Source of the DNA: Zygnema circumcarinatum SAG 698-1b
Taxonomy: Eukaryota; Plantae; Zygnematophyceae
Length of the DNA stretch: 64,000 nucleotides
Assembly: GCA_037447605.1 (NCBI GenBank)
Contig: CM074808.1
Coordinates: forward strand, 2,046,001 to 2,110,000
Direction of reading: 5' to 3'
Shown piece by piece: positions 37,801-50,627 of this stretch. Made by a program: the position numbers and the translations under genes. Each line of letters begins with the position of its first letter. Within the stretch, counting starts at the first letter, position 1. The notes beneath the pieces are model-generated. The model did not search any database. It was given only the letters and a program-made list of their open reading frames with translations, and was not told the origin of the DNA.

Positions 37801-38093
37801 AACCACACGTGCTTTACCGCCCTGTTCTCCTTTTGAGTCATATCGCAGTGCATGCGTTGGAAAGCAGCGGAGTAGTGCACGTGGTGCGGCTTCCCCTTCA
37901 AGACGTGGTCTTGAGGGAGGACCCCTCCAATCTTTCCGTCATGCTTTCTGTTCCACGACATGACCATGCATCGCAAGAAGACTCTCTCAATGCGGAGGCA
38001 ATGCAGCAGCTGTACGTCACCTTTGAGGAAAACTCATGGTTGGCATGGCTCCCAAAGCTGCGCCGCGCAGTGGCTGGCAATCAGACCGTGTAG
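22810..38093 (+). CDS. VPS13B: VPS13B/COH1-type bridge-like lipid transfer protein, multi-exon
   Basis: Exons 22810-22845, 22982-23103, 23360-... give MLGNVEKYVLTPIVLRVARKYIK..SDLRVSISGGSVVFRNFELNL..GLPFSIVRAFARELHVKIPWTRLTTEPIEVILDTVE (chorein-N). These are followed by WIGTLLKQAVANVTVRVNNLVCKY and IAICLDELSADGKV. The C-terminal region reads LGSLDIIFNPVGLVR..LPFEGSQVGPHGFLLGLGQGGASLFRHMSYWTLSSIAGFSSTLAR and GLVGAIAVRVSGALQLV. All recall human VPS13B specifically. Last exons are 37268-37533 and 37745-38093. Internal exon boundaries are only partly resolved. Confidence 0.88.
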
Positions 38094-39450
38094 GGGCAGA
38101 GTCTCGCAGCTGCAATCCTTTCGCAGTTCGTCCTCTCTGAAACGGCATCCGCACTCCCAACTTTTCTATTGGGGTGAGTTCATTCTACAAGACCCGGAGG
38201 AATCTTGTTTGGTTCTGGTTAAAGCGGCCCAAAATATGATGACTGTCTCGTGTTTTTTGCACATCCTTGTTTTCGTGGTCGTCTCTGCTTTCCCACCTCC
38301 TCGGAGATTGGCTTTCATACCACCGCCCTTTTTCTATTGGGATATGTAGTGAAGAGATTGTGTGGCTGAAACTTGTGCATGATTGGTGCATGAACCTGAC
38401 GGTGGGTCCTCCTGCGCGCGCTGTCTTCTGTAGGTTTTTGGCCTCGGAGTCACGCGGGCAGTGGTCCTGTAAAAGACACCATCGAAACCAATTTCATGTC
38501 CGAGACTGCTGAAGCAAGTTGGCCGGATACAGTTGGGCATTGCCGTGATGGTTTCCGGCATTGGATTGCCTTTGATACAGCCAAAATTGGGAACATTAGC
38601 ATGTCCCATGGCTTCTTTTTTATCAACATAATGAAGCCACGAGATATGGTGATGATTCCCTTTGCCAACTGCGCGCAGGGAGCATGCGTCCGCCATGCCC
38701 GAAGGAACCTTAGGGTTTGGGGACTCCTGAAGCAGCCAGGGTCAAGCAGATCAGCAGTCACAATTCATCTCAATGTGTAGATAGACTATTTGATTCATGT
38801 ACAATCTCCTTTTTTGGAAACATTTTCCAATTTTTTGGTCATGCAACGGAAGCATGACAGACGATTTGCATGGCTTCAACGACCTTAATTATAGGGTCTG
38901 TTAAAAAACGTGTTTTGTGTTGCTCCAAAAGGCTCTGTTTCTCGCCGTGTCTCGCGACTTTCTCCGTTTTTTTGTGCCGTTGGTGTTTGATTGAAACAAA
39001 TATGTTTGAGATCAGTTCATGGCAGCTACTTCTGCTTGTTGCGCATGAATGGCAGCTGAACAGGATTCAGATGATGTTCATCTCAATTGCTGTGCATCGG
39101 TTTGGACGAATGGCTCGAATGGCCGAGCAGAGCAGTGCGAGCATGGCGCAGATGGGTGGACCCGGAGCCATGTGGCCATCGTCAGCAAAACGGCACTAGC
39201 TTCAATGAATTTGTTTTCCCGAATTCATGTGAGCGCTTTTCTACTTGCTTCTCAAACGCATGATCGCAATCAGGCAACGCTTGTTGTAACGCTTATCCCT
39301 CCCTTCCTCCCTCCCTCCCTTCCTTCCCTCCCTTCCTCCCCGGCGGGGCTGCGCGGTGAAGCGTTGGCGTTGGCGTGTGCAGCGGCTGGAGCCCCAAAAT
39401 CCCGCAAGGGGCAATCCAGCGGTCAGATTGCCGCGAGGTGCCTCGTGACA

Positions 39451-39600
39451 CATCCAACGGTCAGATCCCCGGAATCTCGTATGCGTGGGGACACGTGGCA
39501 CACCCAACGGTCAGATCCCCGGAATCTCGCATGCGTGGGGACACGTGGCACATCCAACGGTCTAACGCTGCGAGACGACAGGTGGCGCATCCAACGGTGA
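39451..39600 (+). promoter_or_regulatory. 50-bp tandem repeat carrying MSA-like CCAACGG and ABRE/G-box ACACGTGGC motifs
   Basis: Period 50 (39451, 39501, 39551). CA(T/C)CCAACGGT occurs four times (39451, 39501, 39551, 39588) with a variant at ~39413; GACACGTGGC occurs at 39490 and 39540. It lies about 700-860 bp upstream of the VPS10 ATG. Regulatory function is inferred only. Confidence 0.5.
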
Positions 39601-40311
39601 ATGGCCTCGTTTCTCGCCCGCGGCCATCTGACGGTCGTAGGTCGCTGCATCGCACTGCGCGCCGGATGGGACGGGACATAGATCGGAACAAGTACTCCGG
39701 TTCTGTGCCGCGCTGCGAGACTAGCACGCGGTTCCCGGCTTGTGATTCAAACCAGTGGAATGAGTACTGCTTTCGGAACATCCCCCAGGCACAAAGTTGG
39801 CAAGCCCTGCGAAGGATGGGCGTCAAGGGGGGCTCATTCTCAGACCACTGGTTCGCACAAGCGAAGTCGAACTCCATACTGTTTTTGAAGGAAGATTGAG
39901 TTATGAACATTACGGATTCTGACATCACATCCGAAATGCGAAAGCTAAGAATGAATACCGTAGTCCCCCTAATCGCGCTTGCGCACAGGGGCATCGGCCC
40001 TCCTGGTTCAACTTCAACTTCAAGTTCAGCTTCACCTTCAAGTTCAACTCCCGTGTCTCCGTCGGATCCTTCGCCATGGCGGCTCAAAGCCATGGATGTG
40101 GGCACAACGCAGACGAGCGCGGCGGGAGGGCGCGCACCCATGCATGCATCGCGTGGTTGCCATGTGTCCTGTTCGCAGTTCAACGAGTCGTTGAACGGCG
40201 GCCTCGTCCCATGTGTCACGTGACGCGGGCTCCCTCCCTCCCTCCCTGGAACGCGCGCGCAGGGTCGGTCGGTCGGTCGGTCTGTTGGCGCCCCCGCGCG
40301 GACAGGCAGCC

Positions 40312-43300
40312 ATGGCCATGGCTGTCGCCGCGCTCCTGCTCGCGGCCACGCTTGCGGCGCTGCAGCCGGCGGCTGCAACTCGACAGTACTCTCTCGTATG
40401 CGACTTCTCGTGTTCTCTTACGCGCCCTCGTATTTTTTTTCAGCGAGAGGAAGGAGGGAGAAAGCTGAGGGCTTGAGGAAGCTCGCTGGAATTGTCTGAT
40501 TGGGGTTGCTTTCTGCAGACGGTCTTGGAGAGTCTCGTCAGCGACACGCAATGGGTTGGAGACACCGACCAGGTGAGTGCCGCTCGCCTTCACTCTTTTC
40601 GTAAGGGCGCGTTGATGAAACGAATAATGATAAGAAGCTCTAATTTTTCTGTGGTTATCCTTATTTTTGGGCCCACCGTGCACCTTGCCTGCTCAGCACT
40701 AGAGCATACTAAGTCGTATTACAATAGACATTATAGCTCACACTTGGTTTTAATCGATACTTGACATTGGTCAACAATTAAATTATTATAAAGCCCATGC
40801 TGTAGTCTTTATCATTCACGTCACAAGGTAGGACTGGCTTCAGTAGAAAGGGGCACCTGGTTGTTGCAGGTGGTGTTTACAATCACACAAGGGGGGCATC
40901 TCTGGCGAAGCATGGATGGTGGTATGACTTGGAGCGACCACACCTCTAATGGCAAGGTATTCCGCACAGCAGCAAGGCGCATATTCGATGTGTGGCCGAA
41001 AATATCTTTTAATCATACATTTAGAAAGGCTGCATTTTCTGGTAACTGATGAAAACAGGGCCAGCCACCGTGCCCTAATTTTGACCGTGGAACTTGCAAC
41101 TAGGCTCGTTTTGAGCATTATGGCTCTCTGTGTGCTTACTCTCAGGCTGACTAGTTACGCTTCACAAGATAAGTTGTAGAATCGAACGGTTGCTGGAAAT
41201 GGCACTACGGAATTTATTGAAGGCACGAGATCGAAGGTTGCATTCCTTGAAAAAAAATATGAAATAGTTCGTGTTTACTCTTCACATATGGTATCTGCTG
41301 TACAGTGACTGTCGTGTCCCTTGTTTATTGACTTATGCAGCTCGAAGGAGTTTTTGACACTCCTCCTGGAGACTACGGGTGAGCAAGTGCTTGCGGAGTA
41401 GCGTGTCTAGAAAAGGGGCCCATCGGACAATCACCAGACGTTTATTGGAAAAGAGCTTTTGAAAATTATGAGTGAAAATAAGTCCGAGTCCTTCTTGTCT
41501 CTAGCATTTTCTGGAGAATGAAGGAATGCCTGCACATAAAAAATCTCCGCATGTCCATCTTGCAGACGAGCTACTGGTTAAGTAATACAGTCAGCATGGA
41601 GGTTGGGTTTGTTTTGGTTCTTGAACTGTTAGTAAAGCTGTCTGTCCGAGAAATATGATCTCAAGTGCTCCTCTGGTCCATATGTTATTCAGGGATTACG
41701 TGCCACAGAAGGGCGTTCAAGCATTGCTGTTCCATGAGGCGGCTGCCAACAAGGTGAGTTAGAATAGAAGGTCAGGTGGCTTGCATGGACTCCTTCAACT
41801 TGTAAACATGCGAAACCGTCATGGATAATTCTGTGGCACTAAGCAGAGTCGTTTGACACTCTAGCATGCCATCCCATTGACGTTACTGATTTGGTATGTA
41901 GCCAACAATGGTCCGGCTTGTCATGGAAGGAGGGGATTAGAGTTTAGATTTGCGAAAGCTGGAAGACTTTTTTTATGATAGGCACCTTTCCGGTTGACAC
42001 AAACATAGTCCGTTTCGGTTTTCTTCATGACTTGGTTGCAGATTTTCTTTCGAGGGGGAGGTGAATTCCATTGGATTACGGATGATTTTGGTATGTCTTG
42101 TTCTTTTGTTCTCTTCCTCTTAATGCAGGAGGACGTACTCAAACATGGTTCTAGATAATCTACGTAGTTGCCCTGCATTTTTGGTACTAAGTTTGCTTAG
42201 CAGCTAGATGTTGGTTGTTTAGTTTACTGCACAAACTTTTACATTCTGCTGATTACTGCAACCAACGAACCAGTCTGTGGCGATGGACATCAAACTCCGC
42301 CGTACCATTGAAATGAGAAGTTGCTTGCTACGCTAAATCTGGTTCAACGTCTTTCAGCTTCACGATAAATGCAAAGTAAAACATCGGCTACTCTTTAGTC
42401 TTCAGAGAAATTATCTGTCGTTGGCTAGTGGATGAAGAGAAGTAGATACTGCGATTCCTCAGCTCGTCTTTTTGGAGCATAACGATTATTTTTTTTTGCA
42501 TTGCTTGTGTTTGTAATTCAGGCGAATCGTACAAGAAGGTGCAGGGTCCTGCTGGCCATTTGGGCCTAATTGCTGTCAGGTTTCACCCAACGGAAACGGA
42601 CTGGGTATGTGCTGCACTTTCTTAAAGAAACCTGCCAGAAGCCTTATGTTAAAGATCTTGCTGCATCCTTCGGCCTGCCGGACGCTCCCCCAATTAGGAC
42701 TTCTTATACACTTCCCAGTCTTTTGGAAGAATTAGTTTGTCTTTTGGTCCAAGAGTTTGCCATACTGCTCCAGTGTGCACATGCTTCAACCGGCTGTGCA
42801 GTCTGCAGAAGTTAGTTCTTAAAAATAAGTGTGTGATTGGCGGCAGCCTTTACTGAAGGCTCTCTGCCTGTGCATGCAGATGCTGGTGATTGCCCGGCGA
42901 TGGTCGTGCTGGTCTCAGGACCGTTTGATGAGAAGAGCTTGCGCAGACGACGTGAGTTTTTTTCTTCTTTTTCTTTTATGCAAAGTTCGCCCTGGTTGGC
43001 CCAAACTTGCTTCTTGAGTTTCCTCGTGTTGCCCTCCGTCTGCTCATTCGTTTCCCATGCCTTGAGTGCACACCCGAGCTCTCGCCGTCTCCATCGATTG
43101 TGCGTGAATTGCTCGGTAGCTCCTCACTCTGGTTTTCCATTAAATTTCCGTCTACTTCTGTTGTCTGCGGTGTTTATTGGGCTCAAAGTCTTCTTAAATG
43201 AAGCACGTACTTCCAAGAAATTGACAACCAAGAAGATTGTCAAATATAGTCGAATGCTGCTAATTTTACGATGAACATTGAAAACTAATCAGGCAGTTAA

Positions 43301-46300
43301 TTTGCATTCCTCAAAGATATATGGGCGATATATAGTTCGAGTTGTATGTATGTACATTTCAGCTCTTTTCCATAATTTCAGTGACGTAGAACAGCAATTT
43401 TAATTGTCTGATAGATTTTTGTTTGGAAAATGGGCCTAGTCTTTAGAAGTACGAAAGTTTGAAGGCAGAGAAACGGGAGGCATACTCTTATGCTGTGCTG
43501 GCCTCTGATCTTGGCACCTTGCAGCTATTTTTGACAAAAGACTTCGGGAAGAATTGGATGAACTTGACAGAAAGAGCAAAGGTTCGTGCTGCCAATCAGA
43601 CTCGCCCTGAGCCTCTTCTGGACTTGGTTTCCCGTTTCCATGGCATGATCTCCAACAAACTTCTCTACTTCTATCTTCCCAAATGTTTTGAGTTTTTTCC
43701 AATTGATGTTAGCCTCCCCTATGGGAGTGCTTGTCTGCCTTCCATGCATTTGGTCTATGTAGGATGAGAAATCAGAATGCAAGATGCAGCTGTACTCCCA
43801 GAACAGCTTTCTCTCCACCTGTTGATGTGACTCTGCCTCCTCATAATTATCTTTTACGAGGCATGTAACTTGAAGTTTTGCTGTGTTACCTGGATTGGCT
43901 GCAGTCGGTGTGCTTTGCAGTGCTCAGTTGGCCTGTAGGATTTGGGATTTGCTGGCCCTAGATTTTCATCGAAGTCTTTGTCCTTACTGCTTCCATACAA
44001 GCTTAACCCATCAAATTGAAGCCCTGGTGAAGTTAAGGAGGCCGGCTCTAAGCAGCGGGAAGTGAGGGTGGGTCTGCTGCAGGGCCGGATTCTGAGCTTC
44101 GCCGACTTCGACTGGGGGTGGAGCAAGGTGGGCCCCTCCCTCCCTCCTTGGAAATTTGGCTGCCTGCACTTGGACAGAAAATATGCTACATGTGGGCTTT
44201 GCCTTAGAGCCTCGCTGCGCAGGCAGGTGGCAGGCTTCTGTTTTGGCTAATGGTTTGTTAAAGGGGGGGGGCTTTTGATGGCTGCAGGATCCTGAAGCTC
44301 CTCAGAACAAAGTGTATAAGAAGGTAGGCCAGTATTCATATAGCTTACTGAGCCCTCTTAGCAAAGCCTTTAGTTTCTCTTGTCGGTCGAGTGTCACTCC
44401 TTAAAGAATGTATTAATTCCAGAGGTACATCAACCTGAGAGATGGCCTAGGAGGTTGCTGCTGAGTGGACATACATATCACAAATTTTAAGGGTCCTTAT
44501 TTCAGATAAGCGGTCATACAGGGCAGTCAGTATGTACCAAACTTATGTGAGCCGTTACTTGAAAAATCCTTTAGACGGTATGTCCTACAGATCCTCGAAG
44601 ATAGCAATGTCTGTCGGTCCTGACGAATTCATGGGTCATGTGATTGCATGAGACCCCGCATGCATAGCAATGCATTCCAAGGTATTTGTTAATGGAGCCC
44701 ATGGCTGACAACAGGAGGTCTAGACTCTCGCTGTGTGTCTCCTTAGGAGACCATTTTGGCAGCCGTGTACGAGGACCGCGAAGACGTGCGCAAGCACTTG
44801 GAGTTGCATGGGACGCACATCGCGGCGGGGTGGGATCAGTATGTGGACTTCATTCGGAGCCACAATCTCTTCAAGACAGCTCACACAAAAGTTGTTCCTT
44901 GTGGGAATCAGTTTGAGATCATGAACGGAAAGTTGTTTTTGGTAAGGTTGCTCCTCCTGCACATGTGCATGCCACATCGCCATGACTGTAGCATACCCAT
45001 TGGCATGCTTAAACATAAACTTCATAGAGAACCCAGTCCTATTCCTTTCCTAAGCTCTGCACCCCAGGTTGTATCTAGACAATTTTGAGAGATTGTTTGT
45101 GGATGTATGATCCATGATCTATTGGACTCTGCTTTCTTTTGGCAACAGGCTGTTGCCCAGCATTGCGGAGAGGTTGCCTCCATAAACTCCCCGGAGTCGG
45201 GAGTGAAGCTGGCGATCAGCAGCGACCAGGGGGCCACCTTCACGGAGGCATGCTTCCCCGTCGCTCTCTCCGAGCGGGGGTACAGCGTGGTGGACGCATC
45301 CCCCTCCGCTGTGCACGTAAACGTGGACTACGCCTTGGGGCAACGCAGCGCGCCCTTCGGAGACGTGTTTGTGTCCGATGCCAATCTCACACTTTTTACC
45401 GTTAGCCTGACCCGGAATTCGCGCTCGCGAGGAGGGGCAGTGGATTTCGCAGCTGTGCAGGTAGGGGGTCGTATGCGGGAGGCTTCGCGCACAGCTCAAC
45501 CCAGTCAGTCGTGTTGTGTTGATGCTTTACTTGTGCTGCTCACCGCTGTATTGGTTCAGGAGAGTTAGGATGACTTGGAAGAAAACATCGGTTTGTATAG
45601 ATTATGACCAACGGCGGGGTCCTTTCCTTTCGTACTATCTTGACCATGTGTGGTCAGCGTGCGACCATTACGTAGTTCTGCTCACGAATTCACAAGTAAC
45701 TTCTTAGAAGCGTTTCTGTGACAGGGGCTGCCAGGTGTTTATATTGCAAATCAAGTAGAGGTGGACGAGGACGATGGAGTTACTGCTAGGCATGCCGTAA
45801 GTGTTCAAACTCATGGAGCCGTCAGCTAACCACCATATCGATGTTGTACCGTTTCGATGAGGATGAAGATGAGAAGTGGCCTGTAAGCAGTCTCGCGGTG
45901 CTAATTTGACCGAAGTTGAAAGTTGAGCCAAAGCTTGAGCTGAGTGAGTGGCAGGGCTCTGCGCAAGTCGGCACGAGTGAGGACGACCTCCTTGCACGCA
46001 CTGCCTCCAAGATCAGTCTCAATGGCGGGGCCACGTGAGTGCTTGGCCCGCCCCTTGGCCGCCAAATATAGAAGCACTTCACTTCCATCACTTACTTGAA
46101 CTTCTTATCATTCATTAAGGACGCAGTAGGATGGCTTCTGGACATTCCCAAACCATTAGTTTTTGGACAAAATTGGATTCGTAGAACTTTTGATGTAGAA
46201 TTCAGCTTGTTTCAGGTGGGAAACGCTCCGACCGCCTGCAAAGGACTCTGCGGGTGCCGACATTCCCTGCGACGCTGCGGAGGGGTGCTCCCTGCACCTG

Positions 46301-48672
46301 CACGGGACGACAAGTTGGGCGAGTGGGAGCGGCTTTGCCTTTGTGTACTCCCACAAGACGATTCCTGGGCTAGTCATCTCCACAGGCAATGTGGGCCAAT
46401 TCCTGTACCAGGACAGCACTGTAAATACGTATCTGTCTCGAGATGGTGGGCAAGTGTGGGAGGAGATGAGGAAAGGAGCGCACATATATGAATTTGGAGA
46501 CTCTGGGGGAGTCATTGTCATGGCCCGACACAGCACGCAAGGGACGACAAACCAGTTACTCTACTCTTTAGATGAAGGCTTGAAATGGGAAACTCTGACT
46601 TTTGCGAGAGAAGACGAGGCCATTGACATTTCCAACATTCGTGTGGAGCCCGACAATGTGGGAAAGAAGTTCATCATACAGGTTTGAGCTGCTATTTCTT
46701 ACCAAACTTTTAGGCTGTGGTTGATCTGCCATTGGAGTGGCCCCTCGGGAGCTTGGACTTCTGGAATGTTTTTGGTTTTTGTCTGATAAAGGCCAAATAG
46801 ATATGTGAACCATGGGGTATATCTTTAGGTTTGGTGAATTAAACCTGATAGTCTGGAGGCACTCAAATTCCTCGGTACGCTTCAGATTTCGCCTGTGCAG
46901 CTTCGCTAGGAGAAACTTATCATATGCGTATATGTTATGCTTACGAACTTTTAGCTTCAATAAGGACTGTGAAACTATTGCATATGGGGTTTCACAAAGG
47001 GCCACCAATCCAGAAGCACAGACATAAAACGCTTGGCTTGAGGCAATCTCTGTTCTTTGTGGAACTATTGAAGGTGAAAGCAGATTTGATTCCTTTTTGC
47101 ACAGCAGACACCTCTAGCCACCGAAGAAAGAGATCTACCTCACCTTGCCGTGAGTTAAAGTATCTCACTGCTATTCCGGCGAGCATCCAATTCGTGGAAT
47201 GAAACTCTCTGGGTGGTTTCTTCCTAATTAGAAAGCCATGCGGTGCCCTCTGCAGGGCACGAAGGCAACAGACCCGGAAGGGGCAGCCCGCCAAGGAGTG
47301 CTGTTGGCAGTCAATTTCGGGGAGGGATTCGCAGAGTACAAAGTGTGCGGTCCGAACGACTACGAGTGGTGGTCGCCCTCCCAAAAGCACTGCCTGTTGG
47401 GCCGCAACCTCACATATCAGCGGCAGGTGGGCGGGGCATGCATGGAGGCTCTATGGCTTGGAGACAAATGTGGCATTGTCAATATTGCAGATGCTGACAG
47501 CTTAAAGCAAAGATAGTAAAAATATAAAAAAAGGGTTGTTTTCGAGATAAGTGATTTGGCAGAATGAGCTGTCGACTTGCAATGTAGATTCCTAGATTAG
47601 GGCTTACAGAGGGCTTAGCGACTGAATGCATGAACTTTGGCCCTTTTTTTAGTGGTTTCTTAGCTCGTGGGCTTAAGCAAGTTTAGTGTGCCTATGTGAA
47701 TGATAAAATGGGACACAGAAAGAGCTGCAATCTACACATGGCCAAACATAACCTTTAGCCTGGACTGAACATTTTCGAAGCATCATCGTTGTTCCTTAGG
47801 GAAGCATGCTCAGCATGACAAGCCTTGCACAAGGAGATATGTCCAAAATCAGTTGTTGCATGGCACTCAAACGCAGAGTTTGCTGCACTTAAGTTGAGTC
47901 CAATGTCACCTTCCTGTGGACACTTCTCTTCATATCAATTGCCGCCTTGTTGGGTTAGTCATTCTTTTGTTAGCCTGACAAAGAAACCCAACCAGTATCA
48001 TCTCTATCTATACGTCAAGCAAGCAAATAATACCCGACTCATAGAGGCTTGAAGCCCATGGCACTGCTGCTGAATGTTTGCAGAGAGTAATCCACCAGGA
48101 AACCCTTGCATTCAGCATTGCTTGCAGGCAGATGTTAATGTTCTGAGATTCCCTCCTTGCAGTTCCGTTCATCCAAATGCTGGAACGGAGACAAGTATGA
48201 ACCCCCCTCGAAGGTGACCCCCTGCGCCTGCACAGCGGCGGACTACCAGTGCGACTTTGGCATGGAGCCCGTCCGCGACCGCTGCGAGCCCGTCCCCGGG
48301 TTCGAACCCCGGACCTGTCCCGTGCTGGCGGCGGGGGCCTACGCCTACTCGGCCAGCAAGCAGCGCCTAGCGGCCGGAGACGTGTGCCTCAACCCGACGC
48401 CGCTGCTCGGGCACTACACAGAGCCTCACTACACGCACCCGCTGCGGAGCTGGACTGCGAGTGTGCTGCTAGGCGTCCTGCTGGTTCTAGCGGCTGGAGC
48501 TGTGCTTCTAGGCTTGGCGTACACAGGACACATTCCAGACGAGTGGCTGCAGCATATTCCCTTCTTGGAGAGGCTGCGGTACCTGAAGCTTCGAAGCAAT
48601 TTCCAGTCACTTGCAGACGACTTTGGGGGGGATGATGAGTCCGAGGCTCGGGAGATGTACGGGAGGGCATGA
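40312..48672 (+). CDS. VPS10: VPS10/sortilin-type vacuolar sorting receptor (type I membrane protein), multi-exon
   Basis: Signal peptide MAMAVAALLLAATLAALQPAAA (exon 40312-40395). Multiple BNR/Asp-box repeats: LWRSMDGGMTW, LFLTKDFGKNW, LAISSDQGATF, TYLSRDGGQVW, LLYSLDEGLKW. Sortilin-typical GLVISTGNVG and HIYEFGDSGGVIV. A 10CC Cys-rich module (CGPNDYEWW..HCLLGR..; CWNG..PCACTAADYQCDFG) precedes one TM helix and a short tail with YLKL, FQSL and an acidic cluster. Confidence 0.92.
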
Positions 48673-50232
48673 CGGTATGGGGCATTCGGGACGTCTTGTT
48701 TTGCCTTTGTTGCGGAGTAACCAGAATGGGGGGGGTAATCAGAATGCACACTGTTGGCTTGTGTATTTTGCGGCTCATTCTAGGAACCTGGAGCTGTGTA
48801 GGAGGGAGTGGTTTGCCAATTCATACAGGTGAATTCTTGTTTATTGCTAGAAGGCCGTGCTGTGGTGTGTATGTGTGGTTGTAGACTGTTGAGGGGAAGG
48901 GACCTGGAAGGTATGGGCAGAGGGAGAGGGCAGGGGAAACTTCCATTCTCTCGCTTTGACTACAAGAGGAGAGAAATGTCTGGCAAGCTATGGCTCTGAA
49001 AGGCCCGGTAGTACCAATGCGGTCGGTCAAAACGTGTACTTATGTCAGGAGTTCTCTTTCCAAATTGCTGTCCTCTGTTCCGGAGCATGCTTTTATCGGA
49101 AATCAGAACTTTGACCCATTTGTATGTTTGTTTTCGCTCTGCGTGCAGGTGTTCCCTCCTCCTTGTATATGTTTGCTAGCTGTGACTGCTGCGCCGTCCA
49201 ATCGCTCAGAGTGACGCCTGGGATGAATGGCAGTCCACGGCACAAGGGCCATTTGGAGATGCAGAAGTTACATGTATGCGGCTGGAACGACGTACAGAAC
49301 AGCTCTGGCGGTTAACTGTCTATATGTCACCTGGGGATTCAACGTTCACCTGCATGTTCACACATGTAGTAAGCCTTTTGGCAAGCTGCCTGAGAAGCAG
49401 GCAGGCTGCATTATACTCCGCCCAGGCCAGAGCTTTTGATTGCTCAGGGGCGGAAAAAGAGGTCCCCTAGGGATTCTTCAGCTCGTTTCCGACTTTAGGA
49501 AAGTCCGCCAGCTGCTGCTGCCTGCCGCTTGCCGCATTCCTGTACTGATAGTGATCCTTCGGTCATGTCGTTATATAGCCGCCTCAATGTGTACGTCTGT
49601 CTGAAGCTGAAGATAGGTTGTAGATTTGCGACCCACTTGACTTTCCTTGGTATTTATTATTGTCTGGACGAGCTCTTTCAGTGAATGAGAGCAGAAAGAA
49701 GAGAGAGATGTGCCATGGACCTCTAAGAACGTGTCGGGCTGGCCGCGATGCTCGCTGAGACCGAGAGGTTCCATGGAAGTCCAACATGGTCCGTCGGCCG
49801 CAGTTCTACGGGTTTTTGAACTGCGTACAAGTGAAGGCCACCCTGATAAAGTCAGCTTCTGCTACAACCACCGCGTCACGTATCTGGCGATGTTGTATAC
49901 CACGTGGCTGGTTTCTATTGGAACGTGGGCGCAAATCTTTTGTCCATTCTAAATCTTGGGAAATGCTATTTACAGTGTCCTTTTTCTGAAAACAGTCACT
50001 TTTCCGCCGGACAGCGTTTACAAAGGATTTTTTAGCGAAAAATACTGTTTCATACTTTTGTAGAATAGATACAGACCTTTTTTCGTCGGGTGTACGGATG
50101 GTGATTTGAATGTACGAAGCGCGCGCGTCTACGAAAGTATAAGGGCGCAACACGTGGAGCGACATGATTGGTCGCGGCAACATATGACGTGACAAGTATG
50201 TTTGGGACCGTGACGTGACGAAACGAGACGCG

Positions 50233-50592
50233 AAGGTTTAGAGCATTTCTATACTTCTTACCTCGATCACAGTTGAACACCACCCGTTTCATCGTATTAC
50301 TCGTGATGGCGAGGACAAACTCCTTCCTGTATATACCTCTTCCTCTTCCTGACATCTTTAATAGGGGGAGTCAGACTTTGACCATCGCCAAATCAATTTC
50401 GTAAGCCTGTCGGGCAAATTAAGCATTGGCTAGGTACGCATTTGGGTAAAGCTCTGTACGGCAGAGCCACGGATCCCGACCCGGAATTCGTACACGTAAC
50501 TTTGACTTTTAGTATAAGGAATTCGGGAATTTCGTACTCGATGGTAAGGTCTGACTCCCCCTAATGAACTCCTCCCGCGTAACGAACTCCAT
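50233..50592 (-). pseudogene. N-terminal remnant of a MULE transposase, split by a MITE
   Basis: Removing the MITE and one extra G gives MEFVTREEFIKDVRKRKRYIQEGFVLAITSNTMKRVVFNCDRGKKYRN, matching the MULE N-terminal pattern FxxRxE...GFxxxIxxS...VxxxCDRGxxYRN. The sequence is truncated at the left TIR. Confidence 0.7.
50363..50562. mobile_element. ~200-bp MITE with ~24-bp TIRs (AGGGGGAGTCAGA...)
   Basis: GGGGGAGTCAGACTTTGACCATCG at 50364-50387 and CGATGGTAAGGTCTGACTCCCCC at 50539-50561. Flanks fit either an AAT 3-bp TSD (Harbinger-like) or a TA TSD (Tc1-like); both restore the transposase frame. Confidence 0.8.
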
Positions 50593-50627
50593 CTCCTGCT
50601 GCCTTGCGCGGACTGTACAAAGGAAGT

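Noticed and set aside
38630-38680. Apparent similarity (DMVxIPFA) to an ORF at 55410-55682
   Set aside because: The 55.5-kb match is an off-frame reading of the YSFCMCPGGQ exon of the FAD oxidoreductase; the short match is probably coincidental.
39461-40378. 305-aa minus-strand ORF upstream of VPS10
   Set aside because: No recognisable domain. It overlaps the VPS10 promoter and signal-peptide exon on the opposite strand and includes tandem-repeat sequence; left unexplained rather than called.
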